Source: an uncultured Planctomycetia bacterium (lineage in GTDB: Bacteria; Omnitrophota; Gorgyraeia; Duberdicusellales; 4484-171). Taken from it: 64,000 nucleotides of DNA. The stretch lies in contig CAZAYU010000002.1 of NCBI GenBank assembly GCA_964489445.1, forward strand, positions 205,020-269,019, read 5' to 3'. Both the position numbers and the translations under genes were made by a program. Within the stretch, counting starts at the first letter, position 1; the number at the start of each line of letters is the position of its first letter. This document shows, in pieces, positions 28,373-38,014 of the stretch. The notes under the pieces are model-generated. The model was given only the letters and a program-made list of their open reading frames with translations. It ran no database searches and was not told the origin of the DNA.

Positions 28373-29557
28373 ATGGATAAAACAAAAATAATTCCTATAG
28401 TTTTTTTAGTGATTATCTTAGGTGTCGGGTTTGTTGCGTTTACCTTTTACGGTGAAAAGCAAAAGCTAATTGTTTATAATGGAGAGATTAAAGAAAAAAA
28501 TGCGAAGCTGGAAAAAGAAAATGATAGTTTAAGCTACAAGTATAAAAAAGTTGAAAGGGAAAAAGGTAATTTGGAAAAAAAAGTATCAATGTTTGAACAA
28601 GAGCTCGTTCAACTAAGACAAGCGAAAACAGAGTTAAATGGTAAGATTAGAAACCTTTCTCAAGAAAGGGATATGTTAGTAGAAAAGATAGAAGAAGCTA
28701 GAAATTCTATCTCTGCGCGGCAACCAGTTGTCGCTAACGTTGTTTCTCAGGAGCAATCTAATGTTTCTTCTGAGGACCATTGGGCCGATATTGTAAGAAG
28801 CAAAGCATCTTTACAGGCAAAAGTGAGTATTCTTAACGAGAAGCTCATTGAAACAAAAGAAAAAGCTATTATTTTAGAGAACGAGAATAAAAAACTATCA
28901 TTAGTGATAGATCAATTAACTAAGCAAAAAGAAAGTGTAGCAGATGATATAAAGTTTAAGAAAAGAACCCTTCAAGTGATGAGTATGGATTTGGTCAACG
29001 AGAGGGAAAAACGCAATTCTGCAGTTAAAGAGTTGAAAAATGTAAGAAGAGAAAATGCCAGGTTAAAGCGAGAAGTGATTTTATCTAGCAAAGAGAAGAT
29101 TGACTTGCAGAATAACCTTAAAGAAACTATTGGGCGTAAGGAATCATTCGAAAACAGAATATTAAGTGCTGAACAAATGCTAAAAGAAAAAACTTTAGTG
29201 CTTGAAGACCTAAGGCAAGAATTAAGCGGAATGGTTACTGGCGAGGAAGAAGGATTGTCGGAATCAGTGTCAGTCGAGTTGCCCCCAATTGTTGTTAAAC
29301 CTAAAGGGACGCTAGGGACAAGAGAATTGAAAGGAGAAGTTATTGCGGTAAATCCTGTGGATAAGTTTGTAGTTGTGAATGTAGGTAATTCTTCTAATGT
29401 AAGAATTGGTGATCTTCTGAAAATCATGCGCAGTGGGCGGGAAATTGGTACTGTTGAGGTCATTGAAACAAGAAGCGAGATTTCTGCTGCGGATATAATA
29501 AATATTGCTGACAGGGCGGTTATTAAAGAAGGCGATGTAGTTCTTTTGGACCGTTAA
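28373..29557 (+). CDS. membrane-anchored coiled-coil protein with a C-terminal beta-rich (SAF/PRC-barrel-like) domain
   Basis: N-terminal TM helix, about 250 aa of heptad-rich K/E sequence, then VIAVNPVDKFVVVNVGNSSNVRIGDLLKIMRSGREIGTVEVIE. Start at ATG 28373, 6 nt after aagggagg. Confidence 0.5.
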   Translation: MDKTKIIPIVFLVIILGVGFVAFTFYGEKQKLIVYNGEIKEKNAKLEKENDSLSYKYKKVEREKGNLEKKVSMFEQELVQLRQAKTELNGKIRNLSQERDMLVEKIEEARNSISARQPVVANVVSQEQSNVSSEDHWADIVRSKASLQAKVSILNEKLIETKEKAIILENENKKLSLVIDQLTKQKESVADDIKFKKRTLQVMSMDLVNEREKRNSAVKELKNVRRENARLKREVILSSKEKIDLQNNLKETIGRKESFENRILSAEQMLKEKTLVLEDLRQELSGMVTGEEEGLSESVSVELPPIVVKPKGTLGTRELKGEVIAVNPVDKFVVVNVGNSSNVRIGDLLKIMRSGREIGTVEVIETRSEISAADIINIADRAVIKEGDVVLLDR

Positions 29558-29600
29558 TCCTTCCCCGAATTTTGTTTTACAGTTTATTTAATTTAAAGAA

Positions 29601-30593
29601 GTGTCTTCATCTAAAATCACCATAAAAGAGGTAGCAAAGCAGGCAGGGGTATCTATTGCTACAGTTTCACGCTTCCTTAATAATTTTTCCTTAAAAAAAA
29701 TAAATAAGCAGAATGTTGAGAATGCAATAGCCAAGCTCAACTATCATCCGTTTATTTATGCGCGACGTTTAGCTGGGGGGCAGATGGGAGTTTTTGGATT
29801 GATAATTCCTGGCTATGAAGGCGTTTTTTATTCCTTTTATGCTATTGAAATAATTAGGGAGGTTGCTCTTGCTTTAAATGAACAAGATACGGATTTACAT
29901 TTAAGTGTTTTCTGGAATCGGGATACTTTTAAAACATCTATAGTTGATGGAATAATTATGGCGGATATTCTAGGGAATCAGCAGCAATTTAAACGCTTTT
30001 TAAAGGAGAAAATTCCGTTAGTAGTAATAAATAGAAATATTGGAGAAGAGAATGTTAATTCTGTAGCGATTGATAATTTTAAAGGAGCATATGATGCTAC
30101 AGAATTTTTAATTAATCACGGACATAAACAAATTATGCATTTTGCTGGAGATTTACGTGTGCAATGTGCGAGTGAACGGTTAATGGGATTTCAGTCGGCT
30201 TTGGAAAAAAATAATATAAAAGCGTCTAAACAGCAAGTTAAGTATACAAATTTTTCTCGCAGGCAAACACGTCTTATATTGGAAGAGCTTTTTTCTTCAG
30301 GGGATATTCCAACAGCAATATTCTGTTGTAGTGATGAAGTTGCTAGCGAAGTTTTAAATTTTGCTGAAGAAAAAAGAATAAACATTCCTAAAAAATTAAG
30401 CGTTATTGGCTTTGACGATAATCCGCACTGTTTAAATGATCATCTAATGCTTACTACTGTAAGACAACCTTTAAAAAAGATGGTTCAGCAGGCAGTAAAG
30501 ATTCTAAGTGACAATGTTAATGGTAAAAAAATACAACAAAAAATAGTTTTAGAACCAGAATTTATTATTAGGGATACTGTAAGTTTTTGCTGA
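29601..30593 (+). CDS. LacI-family transcriptional regulator
   Basis: N-terminal HTH (ITIKEVAKQAGVSIATVSRFLNN) plus a periplasmic-binding-protein-like sugar-binding domain. Confidence 0.85.
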   Translation: MSSSKITIKEVAKQAGVSIATVSRFLNNFSLKKINKQNVENAIAKLNYHPFIYARRLAGGQMGVFGLIIPGYEGVFYSFYAIEIIREVALALNEQDTDLHLSVFWNRDTFKTSIVDGIIMADILGNQQQFKRFLKEKIPLVVINRNIGEENVNSVAIDNFKGAYDATEFLINHGHKQIMHFAGDLRVQCASERLMGFQSALEKNNIKASKQQVKYTNFSRRQTRLILEELFSSGDIPTAIFCCSDEVASEVLNFAEEKRINIPKKLSVIGFDDNPHCLNDHLMLTTVRQPLKKMVQQAVKILSDNVNGKKIQQKIVLEPEFIIRDTVSFC

Positions 30594-30740
30594 TTTTGTA
30601 AGTATTTTCTTCAAAATTATTTATTAGTTCCGTGAACATGATTAGTCTATATTTTGCCAGCGATAAAAGACGATGCTAATTGCTTTATAAATCAATATTT
30701 TGTGTGTTGGATAAGATTAATATACGATATATGGTATATC

Positions 30741-30769
30741 TTGACATATAATAAAATAGTGTATAAAAT
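30741..30769 (+). promoter_or_regulatory. putative sigma70 promoter TTGACA-17-TAAAAT upstream of nrdJ
   Basis: Hexamers read directly from the sequence, about 50 nt upstream of the nrdJ ATG, which has RBS aaaggaggg. Confidence 0.4.
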
Positions 30770-30816
30770 TAGTTAAGTTAAAAATAAAGTAAAACTTACC
30801 ATATAAAAGGAGGGTT

Positions 30817-33096
30817 ATGAAATCAGGATTTAGTTTTTCGTCCAATGCTATTATTGTTTTAAAAAAACGTTATCTTAAAAAGAATGATAAAGGAGAAGTT
30901 ATTGAGTCGCCGGAAGAATTATTGAAAAGAGTAGCCTGCGCTATTGCGAAAGTGGAAAAGAAATATGGAGCTAGCCCTGAAGAAACAAAATCAATAGAAA
31001 GTATGTTTTTAAATGCTATGAAGAAATTGGAATTCATGCCTAATTCTCCTACGTTGATGAATGCTGGTAAGGAACTGGGGCAGCTTTCAGCTTGTTTTGT
31101 TGTACCTATAGAGGATTCAATGGAATCAATTTTTAATGCAATAAAATCAACCGCGCTTATTCATAAGACAGGTGGTGGAACTGGTTTTAGTTTTTCAAGG
31201 CTTCGTCCAAAAAGTAGTGTAGTTAAGTCTACAGGAGGAATTGCTTCAGGGCCTATTTCTTTTATGAAAGTCTTTGATGCAGCTACGCAAGCTATAAAAC
31301 AAGGTGGAACCCGGCGTGGAGCTAATATGGGAATATTAAGGGTAGATCATCCTGATATTCTAGAATTTATAAAATGTAAGGAGACCGAAGGAGCAATATC
31401 TAATTTTAATATTTCAATAGCGCTTACCGATGATTTTATGGAAAAGGTTTTAGCCAAGCAAGACTATCAACTAATTGACCCTCATAGCAATGAGGTGGTA
31501 GGAAAGTTGAATGCTTATGGAGTATTTAGTTTAATCGCTGAGTATGCACATAAAAATGGAGAGCCAGGGATTGTGTTTATTGATAAAATGAATAAAGATA
31601 ATCCTACTCCCAATTTAGGAGATATCGAGAGTACAAATCCTTGTGGGGAGCAGCCGCTTTTGTCTTTTGAGTCATGTAATCTTGGATCAATTAACCTATC
31701 AAGGATGATGAAAAAGATTGGTAATGATTTTAAAATTGATTGGGATAATTTAGAAAAAGTTTCTCGTTTAGCCGTAAGGTTTTTAGACAATGTCATTGAT
31801 GCCAATAAGTTTCCGATTCCAAAAATAGAAGAAAATACTCTAAAAACAAGAAAAATCGGCTTAGGCGTCATGGGGTGGGCTACTGTCTTAGGATTTCTAG
31901 AGATACCTTACGATAGTGATGAAGGCGTTGAGTTAGGACGTAAAGTGATGAAATTCATTCGGAGTATTGCTGAAAATGAATCGATAAATTTAGCCAAGAA
32001 AAGAGGAGTTTTTCCTGCTTGGGAAGGGAGCACGTGGCAAAAAAAAGGAATAAAAATCAGGAATGCAACACTAACGACTATTGCTCCCACAGGTACGATA
32101 AGCATTATTGCCGGACCGACGTCATCTGGCGTAGAGCCTAATTTTTCTCTTTGTTATTTTCGTAATGTTTTGGATGGTGAAAAACTTTTAGAGTCAGATA
32201 TGGCTTTCGAATGGGCAGCTAAAAAAGAGGGATTTTATTCTCATGAATTAATGTCGCAGGTTGCTGCTGGAGAGGATATCCAGAACATGGAAGAAGTACC
32301 GGATAAAACAAAAAGAGTATTTAAAACAGCGATGAATATTTCCTCTTTTTGGCATATAAAAATGCAGGCAGCATTTCAGGAATTTACGGATAATGCTGTA
32401 TCAAAAACTATTAATTTGCCAAATAATTCTACCATTGAAGATGTAAAAGAAACATATCTGCTTTCTTATAAATTAGGATGTAAAGGTATTACTGTTTATC
32501 GAGACGGTAGTAGGAATGTCCAGGTGCTAACTGTTGATAAAAAAGAAAAGAATTTTGTCGATGAGCCATTGCATTGCTTGGCTCATCCAAAGCCTCGTCC
32601 TGAGGTTATTTTGGGCACTACAACCAAAGTTACCACTGGTTGCGGTAATCTTTATATCACTATTAACCAGGATGAAAAAGGAAATTTTTTCGAGGTTTTT
32701 ACTCAAATGGGTAAGGCTGGTGGTTGTGCTGCTTCGCAGCTTGAGGCAATTGGCCGTTTAGTCTCATTATCTCTAAGAGGAAAAATTGATGTAAAGGTAG
32801 TTGTTGAACAGCTTAAGGGAATAAGATGTCCTTCTCCTTCTTGGGATAAAGGGAAAAAGATTTTTTCTTGCGCAGATGCTATTGCGCGAGTTTTGGAAAA
32901 AAGAATGATTGATCAAAAGAATATAGTTGGTATAAAAAAGTCAGAGCCAGAAGAAACAGAAAGAAAATCAGTTAATGTTGTTATTAAAAGGAATAATTCT
33001 GGTAATGTTGTTGGTGTCTGCATTGAATGTGGCTTTGCCTTACGTCATCAGGAAGGTTGTCTAGTTTGTGATGCTTGCGGATATTCAAAATGTTAA
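30817..33096 (+). CDS. nrdJ: class II (adenosylcobalamin-dependent) ribonucleotide reductase
   Basis: 759 aa with the active-site block STNPCGEQPL, NrdJ collinearity and a C-terminal Cys-rich zinc ribbon (CIECGF...CLVCDACG). Confidence 0.85.
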   Translation: MKSGFSFSSNAIIVLKKRYLKKNDKGEVIESPEELLKRVACAIAKVEKKYGASPEETKSIESMFLNAMKKLEFMPNSPTLMNAGKELGQLSACFVVPIEDSMESIFNAIKSTALIHKTGGGTGFSFSRLRPKSSVVKSTGGIASGPISFMKVFDAATQAIKQGGTRRGANMGILRVDHPDILEFIKCKETEGAISNFNISIALTDDFMEKVLAKQDYQLIDPHSNEVVGKLNAYGVFSLIAEYAHKNGEPGIVFIDKMNKDNPTPNLGDIESTNPCGEQPLLSFESCNLGSINLSRMMKKIGNDFKIDWDNLEKVSRLAVRFLDNVIDANKFPIPKIEENTLKTRKIGLGVMGWATVLGFLEIPYDSDEGVELGRKVMKFIRSIAENESINLAKKRGVFPAWEGSTWQKKGIKIRNATLTTIAPTGTISIIAGPTSSGVEPNFSLCYFRNVLDGEKLLESDMAFEWAAKKEGFYSHELMSQVAAGEDIQNMEEVPDKTKRVFKTAMNISSFWHIKMQAAFQEFTDNAVSKTINLPNNSTIEDVKETYLLSYKLGCKGITVYRDGSRNVQVLTVDKKEKNFVDEPLHCLAHPKPRPEVILGTTTKVTTGCGNLYITINQDEKGNFFEVFTQMGKAGGCAASQLEAIGRLVSLSLRGKIDVKVVVEQLKGIRCPSPSWDKGKKIFSCADAIARVLEKRMIDQKNIVGIKKSEPEETERKSVNVVIKRNNSGNVVGVCIECGFALRHQEGCLVCDACGYSKC

Positions 33097-33176
33097 CTAT
33101 TATTTTTGGTGTTAAAATTGTTATTTATCTTACAAGAATAACAGTTAGGATGAATAGAAAAGAAAGGGAGTGAAAA

Positions 33177-33920
33177 ATGATCAAGCTAGTGCTAATAAGG
33201 CATGGTGAGAGTGTTTGGAATTTAGAAAATAAATTTACTGGTTGGACCGACGTTGCTTTAACTGAGAAAGGAATCAAAGAAGCTCACTCAGCTGCAGCAT
33301 GGCTTAAAAAAGAAGGATTTATATTTGATGTCGCTTATACTTCAGTGTTAAAAAGAGCAATTTCTACTCTTTGGATATTATTAGAAGATATGGATTTAAT
33401 GTGGATCCCAGTTTGTAGAACGTGGCGTCTCAATGAGCGTCATTATGGTGCGTTACAAGGGTTGAATAAACTGGAAACTGTTGAAAAATATGGCGACGAA
33501 CAAGTACTTAAGTGGAGAAGAAGTTATGATATTCGTCCTCCTGCCTTAACCGAAGAAGACAATCGTTATCCAGGCAATGATGTGAGGTATAAAAAATTAA
33601 GCAAAGAAAATATTCCGTTAGCTGAATGCCTAGAAGATACTGTAGATAGGTTTCTTCCTTTTTGGCGTGAGACTATTGTTTCGTCGTTAGAAAAGGGGGA
33701 GCGAGTAATTATTGCTGCTCATGGTAATAGTTTGCGTGCTTTAGTGAAGCATTTAGATAATATTTCGAATGAGGAAATACTCAAGCTTAATATTCCTACC
33801 GGCATTCCCCTTGTATATGAATTAAGCGATGAACTTAAACCGATAAAGCATTATTACCTAGGAGATCCGGAAACAATTAAAAAATCAGTTGAATCTGTGG
33901 CTAAACAAACCCAAAAGTAA
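33177..33920 (+). CDS. gpmA: 2,3-bisphosphoglycerate-dependent phosphoglycerate mutase
   Basis: [23 protein letters not shown] (RHGE catalytic His) and a second His in [10 protein letters not shown]. Confidence 0.9.
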   Translation: MIKLVLIRHGESVWNLENKFTGWTDVALTEKGIKEAHSAAAWLKKEGFIFDVAYTSVLKRAISTLWILLEDMDLMWIPVCRTWRLNERHYGALQGLNKLETVEKYGDEQVLKWRRSYDIRPPALTEEDNRYPGNDVRYKKLSKENIPLAECLEDTVDRFLPFWRETIVSSLEKGERVIIAAHGNSLRALVKHLDNISNEEILKLNIPTGIPLVYELSDELKPIKHYYLGDPETIKKSVESVAKQTQK

Positions 33921-33980
33921 CGCATTCCTTTCTATTTGAAAATAATATTTTGACAGAAAACCGTATATGTAATTAGAGCT

Positions 33981-35786
33981 ATGATTAAATATGATTTAAT
34001 TGTTGTTGGTGCTGGTCATGCCGGGATCGAAGCAAGTTATGTTGCAGCAAGGATGGGTTGTTCAGTCCTTTTACTAACTATTGATATCGATGGGATAGGA
34101 AAACTTTCTTGTAATCCAGCGATGGGAGGAGTTTCAAAAGGCAATTTAATAAGAGAAGTTGATGCCTTCGGAGGGGCGATTGGAAGATTGACTGATCAAT
34201 CTGCATTAGGTTACCGAATCTTAAACAAGAGTAAAGGCAAAGCTGTTTGGTCAACAAGAGCACAGGTAGATATGTATTTGTATCCTAAAAAGGCAAGGGC
34301 ATTATTGGAGAATACCAAAGGCATAGCAATCTTACAAGCAAAAGTAACTGATATTTTAGTCAAGAATAGTAAAGTTTATGGAGTAAAAACAAATTTTGGT
34401 GAGATTTTTAAAGGAAAATCTGTAATAATTTGTGCAGGTACTTTTTTGAAGGGTAAGATCCATATTGGATTAAATAATTTTCCGGGAGGAAGAATACATG
34501 AAGAATGCAGTAGCTGCCTGTTTAAAAGTATTAAGGGTTTAGGCATTAAAACAAAATTTTTTAAAACTGGAACTTGCGCAAGGATAGACAAACGAACAGT
34601 CAATTTTTCTAAAATGGTGGAACAAAAACCGGATGAAGACGCGTTGCCTTTTTCTTCTTTAAATAAGCAAAAGGCAAAAGAAACGCTAAGTTGTTTTATA
34701 ACTTATACCAACAGAAAGACACATAAGGTTATCTTGTCCAACTTGAAGTACTCTCCTTTATATACAGGAAAGATAAAATCAACAGGTGTGCGTTATTGCC
34801 CATCTTTAGAAGATAAAGTTGTTAAGTTCTCAGATCGTCCTCGTCACCAAGTATTCATAGAACCACAAGGGAAAAATTCGATTGAAGTTTACCCCAATGG
34901 CATTTCTACATCTTTGCCTTTTGCTGCACAGGTGGAGTTTATTCATACTATCGAGGGGTTAGAAAAAGCATCTATTTTGCGACCGGGTTACGGTATAGAA
35001 TATGGTTTAATTTATTCGCAATCACTTGATCATACGTTACGAGTTAAATCCATAGGAGGGCTTTATTTTGCGGGGCAGGTTAATGGAACAACTGGATATG
35101 AAGAGGCTGCTGCTCAGGGATTAATTGCCGGGATAAATGCTGCTTTAGAAGTGCGCAGAAAAAAACGATTTATTTTAAGCAGAAGTAATGCTTTTATTGG
35201 CGTGTTAATTGATGATTTAGTTACCAAGGGGGTTGATGAACCATATCGGATGTTTACTGCTCGAAGTGAACATCGTCTTTCATTAAGGGAGACTAATGTG
35301 AGATCTCGAATTTCGTCTTTTGCGCGTAGCTTACATTTAATTTGTCAGGATGAATTAGAAAGTGTTTCTAAAAACGAAAAATTTATTGAAACAGAAATAA
35401 AAAAGCTTAAAAATTGTAAAGGGGTGATTAACAATAAAAAAACTAATTTATTTGATGCGCTAAAAAGGCCTGAGGTAACTTATAATGATGTTGCTAAAAA
35501 GTTGGATAGTAGGTGCAAAGATGAAAGAACTAAACGGGAAATAGAAATTAGAGTGAAGTATGACGGTTTTTTGCGCAGGGAAAAAGCTTGGCTGAGGCAA
35601 TTAAACAATATTGACAAGATTAAATTACCAAAGATAGATTTTTGTTTAGTGCCTTCTTTGCCTCGGGAAGCAATAGAAAAATTAAATAAATTTAAACCGA
35701 AAAATTTAAAAGAAGCTTTACAGATAAGCGGAATTACTCCGGCAGCAATATTGAATATTTATAACTTTGTCCAAAGGAATAAATAG
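33981..35786 (+). CDS. mnmG: tRNA uridine 5-carboxymethylaminomethyl modification enzyme MnmG (GidA)
   Basis: FAD-binding N-terminus YDLIVVGAGHAGIEAS and GidA collinearity over 601 aa. Confidence 0.9.
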   Translation: MIKYDLIVVGAGHAGIEASYVAARMGCSVLLLTIDIDGIGKLSCNPAMGGVSKGNLIREVDAFGGAIGRLTDQSALGYRILNKSKGKAVWSTRAQVDMYLYPKKARALLENTKGIAILQAKVTDILVKNSKVYGVKTNFGEIFKGKSVIICAGTFLKGKIHIGLNNFPGGRIHEECSSCLFKSIKGLGIKTKFFKTGTCARIDKRTVNFSKMVEQKPDEDALPFSSLNKQKAKETLSCFITYTNRKTHKVILSNLKYSPLYTGKIKSTGVRYCPSLEDKVVKFSDRPRHQVFIEPQGKNSIEVYPNGISTSLPFAAQVEFIHTIEGLEKASILRPGYGIEYGLIYSQSLDHTLRVKSIGGLYFAGQVNGTTGYEEAAAQGLIAGINAALEVRRKKRFILSRSNAFIGVLIDDLVTKGVDEPYRMFTARSEHRLSLRETNVRSRISSFARSLHLICQDELESVSKNEKFIETEIKKLKNCKGVINNKKTNLFDALKRPEVTYNDVAKKLDSRCKDERTKREIEIRVKYDGFLRREKAWLRQLNNIDKIKLPKIDFCLVPSLPREAIEKLNKFKPKNLKEALQISGITPAAILNIYNFVQRNK

Positions 35787-36875
35787 CTATGTAGGCTTGT
35801 GTAAATAATTTATTAGGAAATCAGCAAATTTGCTTATAGAATCGTAAGGCTCTAGTAAATTTGTTATTTTTGAGAAATCATTTTTTATTTTTTCATATTT
35901 ATCGGGATTATTTAAGTAACTTAAAGATAATGATGCTATTTTTTTAGGAGTAGCATCATTTTGTAGCAGTTCTTCAACTATTTTTTGTTTGCCGAGGATA
36001 TTAACAATTCCGATAAATTCTACATTGACTATTCTTTTTAATATCTCCCAGGTAAGAAAATTTAGCTTATAAATTAAAATATAGGGTATTTTAAGAATTG
36101 CTAACTCTAACGTGGCAGTGCCAGAAGAAGCAATAACAAATTTTGATTTTTGAACTAAACAATAAGAATGGTTAACAATAGTCATATCAGAAAATTCTTT
36201 GTAGAATGTTTGTTCTATATTTTGTGGCTTGATAATTTGGAATTGCCAGTTTTTTGATTCCTTTTCTAAAATTTTTTTGACTTTTTGCATGATCGGCAAG
36301 TGGCGTTTTATTTCACTTTTTCGTGATCCAGGGAGGAAGGAGATCGTGTTATTTGTTTTAGTTTCTCCTTTTTTAATAATATCTAGCAATGGATGACCGA
36401 AGTAAAGTACATCTATTTTCTCTTTTTCGTAGAATTCTTTTTCAAATTTGAATAAAACAATCATCTTGTCAATGTACTTTTTTATTAGCTTGATTCTTCC
36501 TTTTCTCCAGGCCCATATTTGAGGGCTTACGTAATAAAAGATTGGAAATTGTTTTTGGAGTTTTTTTGCTAGACGTAAATTAAAGTCTGGAAAATCTATA
36601 AGAATTATTAAATCAGGATTAATTCTTTTTATTTCTTTAATGCTTTTTTTAAAAACAGATAATATCTTTTTTAAATGAGAGAAAACTTCAATTATTCCAG
36701 ATACAGAATGTTCAAGTAGATTTATTGTTTGGAAAGAGTGTTTAGCGCAGTGATTTCCGGCAAAAGAAAATATTTTTAAGGAGTGATCTTTTTCGGATAA
36801 TTTTTTAGCTAACAGACCTCCGTATAAATCTCCTGAAGAATCTCCAGCAACAAGTATAATCTTTTTCATTAACAC
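35787..36875 (-). CDS. lpxB: lipid-A-disaccharide synthase
   Basis: N-terminal KIILVAGDSSGDLYG (LpxB GExSGD motif), GT-B fold, about 360 aa. Confidence 0.85.
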   Translation of the reverse strand: MLMKKIILVAGDSSGDLYGGLLAKKLSEKDHSLKIFSFAGNHCAKHSFQTINLLEHSVSGIIEVFSHLKKILSVFKKSIKEIKRINPDLIILIDFPDFNLRLAKKLQKQFPIFYYVSPQIWAWRKGRIKLIKKYIDKMIVLFKFEKEFYEKEKIDVLYFGHPLLDIIKKGETKTNNTISFLPGSRKSEIKRHLPIMQKVKKILEKESKNWQFQIIKPQNIEQTFYKEFSDMTIVNHSYCLVQKSKFVIASSGTATLELAILKIPYILIYKLNFLTWEILKRIVNVEFIGIVNILGKQKIVEELLQNDATPKKIASLSLSYLNNPDKYEKIKNDFSKITNLLEPYDSISKFADFLINYLHKPT

Positions 36876-36904
36876 ATTTTTGATTTATGGTTTATAAGAG
36901 GGCA

Positions 36905-37804
36905 TTACTGACGTTCTATATTTTTCTGAATCCTTAAAGCAAGCTTTAGAGCGTCTTTTGATTTTTCTGCATATTCTGCTTCGAAATTACCTTTTTTGAC
37001 TAGATTTATAAAACAGGATATTTCCTTTTTTAATGGTTCTTCTTTGTTTATTCGCAATGTAGTTTTAATTATTTTTTTTCCCTTTTTCCGGTAAATGTCT
37101 ACTAATTGGAGAGCGTAGTCTAAGGAAATATAGCAGTTAGACATAAATATTCGAATTTTTCTTTCGCGTTTTGCGGAAATACGAGAAGCAGTTATATTTG
37201 CAACGCACCCATCGTTAAAAGTTATACGTGCATTAGCAATATCTTCAGAAGGAGAAAGTACTTTTACTCCTTTTGTGTCTATACTTTTGATGCCCTTTTT
37301 TACTATGTCAATAATGATATCTAAATCGTGGATCATTAGATCGAGCACAACACTGACATCTAGTGATCGATAAGGATATGGGCTTAACCGATGGCATTCA
37401 ATGAAAAGGGGGTTAACAATAAGCTTTTTAGCTCTTAAGTAAGCGTTGTTGTATCTTTCTACGTGTCCAACGAAAAGAAGAGTTTTGTTTTTTTTCGATA
37501 TCTTAATCAACTCTTGAGCTTCTTTTACGCTTTCGGTAAGCGGTTTCTCAACTAAGACGGGTATTTTATTTTGAAGGAAAAACTTAGCAATTTTGAAGTG
37601 TACAATTGTGGGGGTAGCGATGCTTACAAGGTCAACATGCTCTTTTAACTTTTTATAGTCAGTGAAACAACAGTGATCTTTATAGTTTTGAAGTTTTTGT
37701 GGGTCACAATCAGCAAGATAAAGCTTTGAAGCGCTTTTTAATTCATTATAGATCCTTAGATGGATGCTTCCCAGTTTTCCTATTCCGACTATTCCGACTT
37801 TCAT
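36905..37804 (-). CDS. Gfo/Idh/MocA-family NAD(P)-dependent oxidoreductase (candidate GnnA-type UDP-GlcNAc 3-dehydrogenase)
   Basis: Rossmann N-terminus MKVGIVGIGKLGSIH and an EKP motif (LVEKPLT). It sits immediately upstream of, and co-oriented with, lpxB. Confidence 0.6.
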   Translation of the reverse strand: MKVGIVGIGKLGSIHLRIYNELKSASKLYLADCDPQKLQNYKDHCCFTDYKKLKEHVDLVSIATPTIVHFKIAKFFLQNKIPVLVEKPLTESVKEAQELIKISKKNKTLLFVGHVERYNNAYLRAKKLIVNPLFIECHRLSPYPYRSLDVSVVLDLMIHDLDIIIDIVKKGIKSIDTKGVKVLSPSEDIANARITFNDGCVANITASRISAKRERKIRIFMSNCYISLDYALQLVDIYRKKGKKIIKTTLRINKEEPLKKEISCFINLVKKGNFEAEYAEKSKDALKLALRIQKNIERQ

Positions 37805-37907
37805 TGTATGTTATTTTATTAAATGTGTATTTAAGTTTATTTATCTAATGAGAAAGTAAGACCATCTTGGTAATGTTGATTGTATCAAATCTCTTGTGGA
37901 AAGTCAA

Positions 37908-37935
37908 TTGATGTGGTAAAATTCTTCCACATAAT
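37908..37935 (+). promoter_or_regulatory. putative promoter TTGATG-16-CATAAT upstream of msbA, overlapping a 7-bp inverted repeat (TGTGGAA...TTCCACA)
   Basis: Read directly from the divergent intergenic region between the oxidoreductase and msbA genes. Confidence 0.25.
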
Positions 37936-38014
37936 TGTCCTTTTATCCGTTAACCCATTACTCTTTTAATGAAATGGCTATAGGCCACGGTATCTGAAAA
38001 ACATACATAGTGAA

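Noticed and set aside
28972-29463. 163-aa antisense ORF inside the coiled-coil gene; the same applies to 44256..44726, 57459..57938, 31515..31871, 60003..60287, 1450..1701 and 25253..25462
   Set aside because: These are shadow or alternate-frame ORFs within well-supported genes, with no RBS and no recognisable motifs.
30594-30816. Possible NrdR box or B12 riboswitch upstream of nrdJ
   Set aside because: I found no convincing 16-bp NrdR palindrome (acaCwAtATaTwGtgt) and no B12-box (GCCACTG) in the leader. Only a sigma70-like promoter is supportable.
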